A program made the position numbers and the translations under genes. This document shows, one piece after another, positions 57,018 to 64,000 of a stretch of DNA of 64,000 nucleotides; positions within the stretch are counted from its first letter, which is position 1; every line of letters starts with the position of its first letter. The notes beneath the pieces were generated by a model. The model did not search any database. It was not told the DNA's origin and worked only from the letters and a program-made list of their open reading frames with translations. Source of the stretch: Eledone cirrhosa (Eukaryota); the NCBI GenBank assembly GCA_964016885.1, contig OZ024741.1:377456001-377520000 (forward strand). Reading direction: 5' to 3'.

Positions 57018-57277
57018 CTTTTTCTTTTTCTTTTTATTTTTATTTTACAAAAGCACTCCGGCTAATTGACCACTGCCCAAAGAAAAAACGGGCTGTGCCA
57101 TGTTATGGTCCTGTGTATCTAAATACCAACCTACCCAAAAAATCCCCCCCCCCAGCCACCACCCCTCCCTTACCACTACCTAAATGTATAAATACCAGAA
57201 CTTAATATGACACCCAGCTTCCCGAATATTTCATCTGAATGAAACAGTTCTAGTCCTGTAGAAGCTCCTTCTATACA

Positions 57278-57282
<5 letters not shown>
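54882..57282 (+). mobile_element. 5'-truncated Naiad-like PLE (linker + endonuclease 54882-55560, microsatellite-rich 3' region ending at an HHR)
   Basis: ISWYNPPFN...TIRLSYSTTPN...NCNCPDMTT*PLNNNCLKRDLVYIC...YFGMTSNSFKTHWYAH...CDLCISE; the 3' extent is inferred. Confidence 0.8.
57216..57266 (+). ncRNA. Type I hammerhead with intact stems and decayed core
   Basis: AGCTTC-CCGAATA-TTTC ATCT GAAT-GAAA-CAG TTCTAGTC CTG-TA-GAAGCT. Confidence 0.62.
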
Positions 57283-57340
<58 letters not shown>

Positions 57341-57491
57341 AACTGGTGCTCTGAAATAGCGATATATATATGTATGTATATATAGTGTATTTTGCAATAC
57401 ATTGTATGCTTAATTAAAAGCATTTTGAAGACATTACGCTAATGTTTTAAAGTAGTGACTATGTCACATACTTCTTTTTTCAGCTAACAAA

Positions 57492-57553
57492 GGGAGATAA
57501 GCTGACAGATCTCTGTTTCGTACTGTCGGTACTCCTCAGAGCTCAGTACTCCC
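57492..57553 (-). ncRNA. Fully canonical type I hammerhead ribozyme
   Basis: GGGAG-TAC-TGAGCT-CTGAGGA-GTAC CGACA GTAC-GAAA-CAG AGAT CTG-TC-AGCTTA-T-CTCCC; GUC triplet, G10.1-C11.1, stem I with an internal loop. Confidence 0.9.
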
Positions 57554-57820
57554 ATTCCAAAGAGAAGTACTCCCAGAAGCAAAGAGAATTCCAATGATAG
57601 GGAATATTTCCTGGTGGAAGTTCAGGTGTACTCCGGGTTGCTGCCCAGTGTGAAAATCCAATTAGAAAATCCAACGAATTTATATATATATATATGAATG
57701 TATATATAGTGTATTTTCAATACACTGTATGCTTAATTAAAAGCATTTTGAAGACCTTACGCTATTGTTTTAAAGTAATGACTATGTCACTTACACCTTT
57801 TTTCAGCAAACAAAAGGAGA

Positions 57821-57866
57821 TAAGCTGATAGATATCTGTTTCGTACTGTAGGAACACCTCAAAGTT
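57821..57866 (-). ncRNA. Degenerate copy of the canonical hammerhead
   Basis: ACT-TTGAGGT-GTTC CTACA GTAC-GAAA-CAGATATCTA-TC-AGCTTA. Confidence 0.6.
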
Positions 57867-57945
57867 ATTTTTATCTAAATTTGTTATCTACATTTTTCCA
57901 ATTCCATCCCGCCCGTCCCCTCAATCTATTTTATTTACCATTCTT

Positions 57946-57981
57946 TCTTCTGATGAAGGACTAGCGTCCGAAACGTTAAGA
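57946..57981 (+). ncRNA. Minimal PLE-type hammerhead
   Basis: TCTT-CTGATGA-A-GGAC TAGC GTCC-GAAA-CGTT-AAGA; palindromic AACGTT stem III. Confidence 0.75.
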
Positions 57982-58173
57982 CCCTCTTCCTGCTATATCA
58001 AGCGTTAACCTAATATATACCTTGCATATAATGTACCGAGTGTGTTGTTATTTCTGTTTACCTTTTACACACACGCACACACCCATACACACATATATAT
58101 ATTTCAAAAAAAGAAAAAGTATGAAGTCATTATTTTCCTTTTTTTCAAATATACCTAACTGTACCGATTATCC

Positions 58174-58284
<111 letters not shown>

Positions 58285-59548
58285 AAAAGTTAATCAGCAA
58301 TAACAACACAATATATATATATATATATATATACATACGTACAAGCATACATACATCCATGCATATGCATTTACACACATAAATACACACCTATATTCAT
58401 ACATTCATAAACACCTACCTATAATTACACGTAGAAAGTCATATTTCTTGGAATATAATCTTATATCTGTTATCTGAAATATATTAAAAATAATGTTCAT
58501 CCTCAATATTTACTCTCATGATATTTTAAGCTAAAAAATAAAAAACAATTAAAAAATGTGGGGTATGCTGGCAATTTTATATTGAGATATAATAAAAATA
58601 TTGATTTTGATTTATAAATTTAGAAATATTACAAACAATGAGAAATGTTACTTCTATTTTCATTACAATACCTCAGGCAAATTTACAGGCAAATCAAAAG
58701 ATTGAGGTGAATGAAACCGAGATGTGTGCAGTCATAATGTTTTTAAATAAAATGATGGGAAAAGAAATATAGGTTTGGCGTTTTATATATCAACACGTGA
58801 ATACAGAAGATTTAATAAGAAAATAGCCCACAGTCGTTGACTAATAATATTTATGAAGAATGATGAACACATTTATTAAACATGAAAATAAAACCATATA
58901 ATAGTTCCATAAACATACACATATCCACACATACACATAGGTGTGCGTGTGTATTTAAATATATAAATATATATATGTGTGTGTGTGTGCGTGTGTGTGT
59001 GTATGTGTGTGTGGTGTGTGTATGTGTGTGTCTGTGTGCTTGTGGTCGTGTGTATGTTTGTGTATGTACATGACGGGTTACACACATTTATGCGTACCTA
59101 CAAGCATACATACATACATAATACATTCATACATAGAGACAAACATATATACCACATGCGTAGCGAATAGCAGCACACAAGGTTTGCGACATTATTCACT
59201 TTCGTTAAATAAATGGTTGTTTTTTTATGATATTAACCTGAAGATATCCCAATTAGTATTGCTTTCACTTTACAAAAACATTGCTAGAAACAACAATGCT
59301 AGGCACAAGGTCAACATCAACTACACTGAGTCGAAAAAAAAAGAAAGAGAAACGAGGAATTTAAAAAGCATATTTTTAGTTTTAGTTACAGAAATAACCA
59401 TGTACGTCAATACTCATCTTTTTCCATTTATCTGACGGGTTCTAAACCCCATTATCAGGCTAAAATTACTTTAGTCAAAAATACGGTGAAAGCTATTCTA
59501 TTATCTAATTTCAAACCTGCTCACTGTTTCAAAACATACTTACTTGCC

Positions 59549-59585
<37 letters not shown>

Positions 59586-59708
59586 ATCGGCTAGGTACAG
59601 AAAAAGAGAGTGCTCTATGTAGGTTACATAGCTTATTAGTTATCTAATAAACAACATAAGATAATTATTTCATTTACCAGTGGTTTCTTGAAAGCAGATG
59701 TGTTATTA

Positions 59709-59760
59709 ATTCTGACGACTGGAAGCAGATGTATCTGCTTTCAAGAAACCACTGGTAAAT
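59709..59760 (+). ncRNA. Type I hammerhead at the centre of a fold-back (59638-59700 / 59733-59794)
   Basis: ATT-CTGACGA-C-TGGAAGCAGAT GT ATCTGCTTTCA-A-GAAA-CCACTGG-TA-AAT. Confidence 0.75.
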
Positions 59761-61087
59761 GAAATAATTATCTTATTGTGTTTATTACATAACTATATAT
59801 ATATATATGTGTGTGTGTATGTACAAATACACATACATATATATATTGTGTGTGTTTTGGTGTGTGTGCGTCAATATTCGGCAAACTGATATACAGAGTT
59901 ACCCGAACATACACATACATTGTATATGCTTTTATACCTCCCAATTTACCGTTACCTTCCCGTTTGAAAACACACAGAAATAAACAAAAAAAGTAGAAAC
60001 ACATTTCATTTCCAACCCGAGATGGATATAATTTTAAGAATTTACTAAATCAACAAAAAATGCTCTAGTTGACTATAACTTTTTAATCATAAGAAAATGA
60101 AATATATACGTAGTACTTATATTGGTAAACAATATATCGAAAAAGCTTCTGGCTAATATTAATACAAGGGTTGATGTAAATAAGCTTAGTTTCTAATAAC
60201 AGAAATACTGAAAAATTATAACACCCACCACATCATATCTGAATAATATTGTATGACGGCATATCATATATCCTGCAGTTAACATGATACACTAACGTGT
60301 CTGAGAATTTATCTCCTAATTATAGTTCTTTACAAAGAAAGATGATTTTACATCGGAGTTACTTCGAATAATTTTAAGGTGTTTTAAGTTGGTCTATTAT
60401 TAAATCACCTAAAAGGTGGTGGATTAGCAGATTCGTTTGAGTGTCGCACAACTATTTGATTTGTCATTTTACATTCTGGTTTAAAATTATGCTCAGGGAT
60501 GCCTCTAATTCTTCCAGGGCAATTTAATTGCCTTCAACTACCAAAAAAAAAAAAAAAAATTGCTGACCTTTTGCTTAAACTGGCAAACATTAACTCGACA
60601 AACGCAAAGAGGCCACAGGTTCGACTCGGGTTTATCTTCTGTGTAAGCACTGTAGGTGTCAATATCTATATCTATATATAACTAAATGTCTGTGATTGCT
60701 TGCTTGCTTGCCTGTAAGGTAATACAGCCAAAAGAGTGCATAATGGGGAAATAGTTTGAAAGCAAGTTGACCCTGAAATGCTAATACAAATGAATAAAAC
60801 AAATTTCGCGTAAATCGGAGGACGGGTTCCCGAAATATGGAAGTGTTCCTTCATAGACAGAGAGAGAAAGATATAGTGGTTGTGAGAGAGTAGATTAAAA
60901 GGGAGACATAAAGAGAGATGAAGAGGAGACAGAGAAGGAGAATGGAAGAAAGAGAGAGAGAAAGAGATGATGGTGTTGTTGTGTATATATATATATAGGT
61001 GAGTGTGTGTATGTGTGTGTGTATCTATGACCCATGTATATAGATCATAGAACCATCATATATATATATATATATACACACACCCAT

Positions 61088-61154
<67 letters not shown>

Positions 61155-61165
61155 CACACACCCAT

Positions 61166-61212
<47 letters not shown>

Positions 61213-61215
61213 CAC

Positions 61216-61309
<94 letters not shown>

Positions 61310-63551
61310 ATAATAATAAAATTGAAGATTAAAATCCAAAGAGGGACACACACGTATATATATATATATGGGCCTTCCACTTTCATTTCACCATTATATA
61401 TGTCTGTGTATATTTCAATTATTTAAAAATTATTTTTAAGTGGACAAGATTTGAAAAAAATATTTTCAAATGAACGTGCCCAAACGAGCCATGGGTGGTC
61501 TAGTATCAGTTAAAGCTCTGTTAAAGCAGATATAAGTGATTATAGTAAATTGATTTCTAATTTGAAACAAAAATATTTATCTCTCAATGGTAATGTTTGA
61601 AATACTAGAATCTTTTGTACTCTGAAAATATTTTAAAAACTTTGCACATGCCAAGAATATGATGATGTCCAATGTTCTACCCTAACTGAATTAGAGGGTA
61701 ATGGATATATGTCTTTCTCCAAAAATAAAACGCAAAAATGCAAAAGTAGGAGGATTCAACCGATGCTTCAGGTATTGATTACATCTGGCTGTCTAAGGGG
61801 AATATTTAATTAATATGTTTTAAAACTGCTCTGCACAATTGTAGATGTGTAAGTAGATAGATGTAATGTCTATTGTAAAAAGCTCGCCTTACTAACACTT
61901 CTTAAAACAAGCTTATACCGCCTGCAAGTTTACATATGCTTTTCTTGTCATGCGTGTTGTAGCTTTGCAAGCCAGCGGCCATATCCACTCAATATTACAA
62001 TAAGCCATTTTTTAATAATATTGGGTGTCCACTGAGTAGGGTAGGCATGAATACTGCAATCAGCAAAATTAAGACATCTATCTATATACGTGATGAGATG
62101 AGGATGTGTTTTTTCTTTTACTCAGAATAGCATGTTAAGCGTGTACTACTTGTGTCAGATTTTACAAATTATATACCATACGAGGTTTGTTAGTCTTGAT
62201 GCCTGCTTTGATTATGTTATATATTATTATCGTGGTATGTTATATAACATGCAAACAAACCTATGGTTCTTGTGACACGAAGATTAAATTTTTCATGCAA
62301 TAAATCTCTATATCACACATTTCCCAAAGTAGCAAATTAAGCTGTAATTACCACTACCCTTCTCCATTTACAATACTATCTAGCCATCTTACATCTGAAT
62401 GCCCATATATGGAAAACTGAGTACATGACTGAGTTCACATAGTCGTATATGGAGATTATAAAATTGTGAAATAAATATAGATTTGGAATTTTTTGAAATG
62501 CTGGAGTACGTCGAGCAAGATTGCTGGATGACATTCATGATATCGGTTGGTCTCGCTTGGGATCCTAGCCTATTAATTAGAGACAGTTGATTCCAACAGG
62601 ACGCAATGGAAGGTATGCTTCAGCGTCCTGTGTCCCCAAACCATCCAATGTATAAGAGGGTGAAGAAGAACATCAAATGTATTGTATAGGGAAAGAAACA
62701 CTAATTGATGAACACAAAGGAACTATCGGCGATAAAAATCCGTATGTCGATTTCTTTATAGTAGCCAATAAGTAATCAGGACATGAAGTTCAAGTCTTAT
62801 GAACTTTAAAGGTAGACGTTTTGTTATCATCAATCAAACAAATCTTTAAATTGAAATAAGGCTAGCGTTAAAAATATACAAAATATTTATGTTGGGGTTT
62901 AAAACTGACATATGTTATCTAAGATTATAAATGTCAAGGAAGTAACTTTAAAGAAACAGTTATGTTACGACCTTTACCAAAGTATCCAATAGTGATAGGA
63001 ATGAAGGAATATTCCATAAACTACATTAATATATTATTACTGTCAATCCCCCGCAGTCTTTGTTTACAGTCGCTTTAGTTCCTGTTAAAAAAGTGCGTGC
63101 TTTTTATGGAAACATTTTTATTAATTATTAACAATAATTTGTTATAAATAAAATAATAGAAGCCATTTGTGATATCATTCTGCGGGAAGTTATGGCGTCA
63201 CACTAACTGTTGGGAGCTCTCTTCTACATACGCTTAATATTCTCTTTTTAAAGACCGGTATTCAATATTCAAAGCACATAGCGATCCTTCGATTCAGTGG
63301 GAAAATTTAAGGCTTTAAAAGGTGGAGTCAATCATAACTTTACTTTAATTGCCTAAATATATGTTAAGTCTATTGCTTTCGCAAGTATGATGGTGTAGCA
63401 AACAATTCTCTAGAATCTAGAGTCTAGATAAATATATTCTTACATAAACAAGAAATAAGAGAAAAGTACAGGAATCTGATCATTCCCATCTCGCGATGGT
63501 AAGGCTGTTGTTAGTACAATTCGTTAAACACTTATAGTACGAGGGCTTAGC

Positions 63552-63680
<129 letters not shown>

Positions 63681-63744
63681 TAGAGATAGATAGATAGATG
63701 GATAGATAGATGAATAGACAGATATAAAACTACATTATGAACTA

Positions 63745-64000
63745 CGACAGAAGACTCAGACTCAGAAGCTCCCGCATCTTGCGACGCATGAGGCAATCGT
63801 AGTGTTCCATCGCTTTCGGTCAGCAGCCAGTTGCACAGCGTTCCGCCATTGTCTGTTTGTCGCTCTCAGGTCCCTCTCAACTGTCTGGCGCCAGTTGATA
63901 TTGGGTCGCCCTCTCCGTCTGCTTCCCTGCGGGCTCCATTTAAGTACTTGGTACGCCAGTCTCTCCGGGGGAAGTCTCAAAGCGTGTCCAAACCAGCCCA
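63745..64000 (-). mobile_element. 3' end of an RTE-clade LINE (continues beyond the window)
   Basis: WFGHALRLPPERLAYQVLKWSPQGSRRRGRPNINWRQTVERDL...AADRKRW, then a stop and a short tail. Confidence 0.9.

Larger units (their letters stand above)
57362..57866 (-). repeat. Partial tandem repeat, period 323 nt, one HHR per unit; retrozyme-like
   Basis: tgtatgcttaattaaaagcattttgaagac...ggagataagctga repeats, with taagctga at 57498 and 57821. Confidence 0.85.

Noticed and set aside
60414-60600. Possible old SINE copy
   Set aside because: Only the first ~30 nt resemble the family; the B-box and core are not recognisable

Overview
AT-rich, microsatellite-dense eukaryotic DNA, probably an octopod cephalopod judging by the tRNA-derived SINE family (inference from recall). 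I see no convincing host protein-coding gene; almost all ORF-track entries are (TA)n/(CA)n/(GA)n artefacts. The window is a graveyard of Penelope-like retroelements (PLEs): four long RT + GIY-YIG copies resembling the Naiad clade, several endonuclease-only fragments, two RTE-clade LINE remnants, a mariner relic and SINEs. The main hidden signal, found by reading both strands by eye, is more than 25 type I hammerhead ribozyme (HHR) motifs from about 12 sequence families. They lie in PLE pseudo-LTRs (pLTRs) and in ORF-less tandem repeats of about 320-560 nt that resemble retrozymes. Several have unusual architecture: a compensatory U3-A8 core (UUGAAAA) in three otherwise dissimilar families, stem II arms of 80-110 nt, and recurrent non-canonical 10.1:11.1 pairs. 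Most elements are arranged as fold-back inverted repeats whose turning points often lie at the ribozyme, and many abut (TA)n tracts. All pairings were checked by hand, none by software; coordinates of long elements are approximate.
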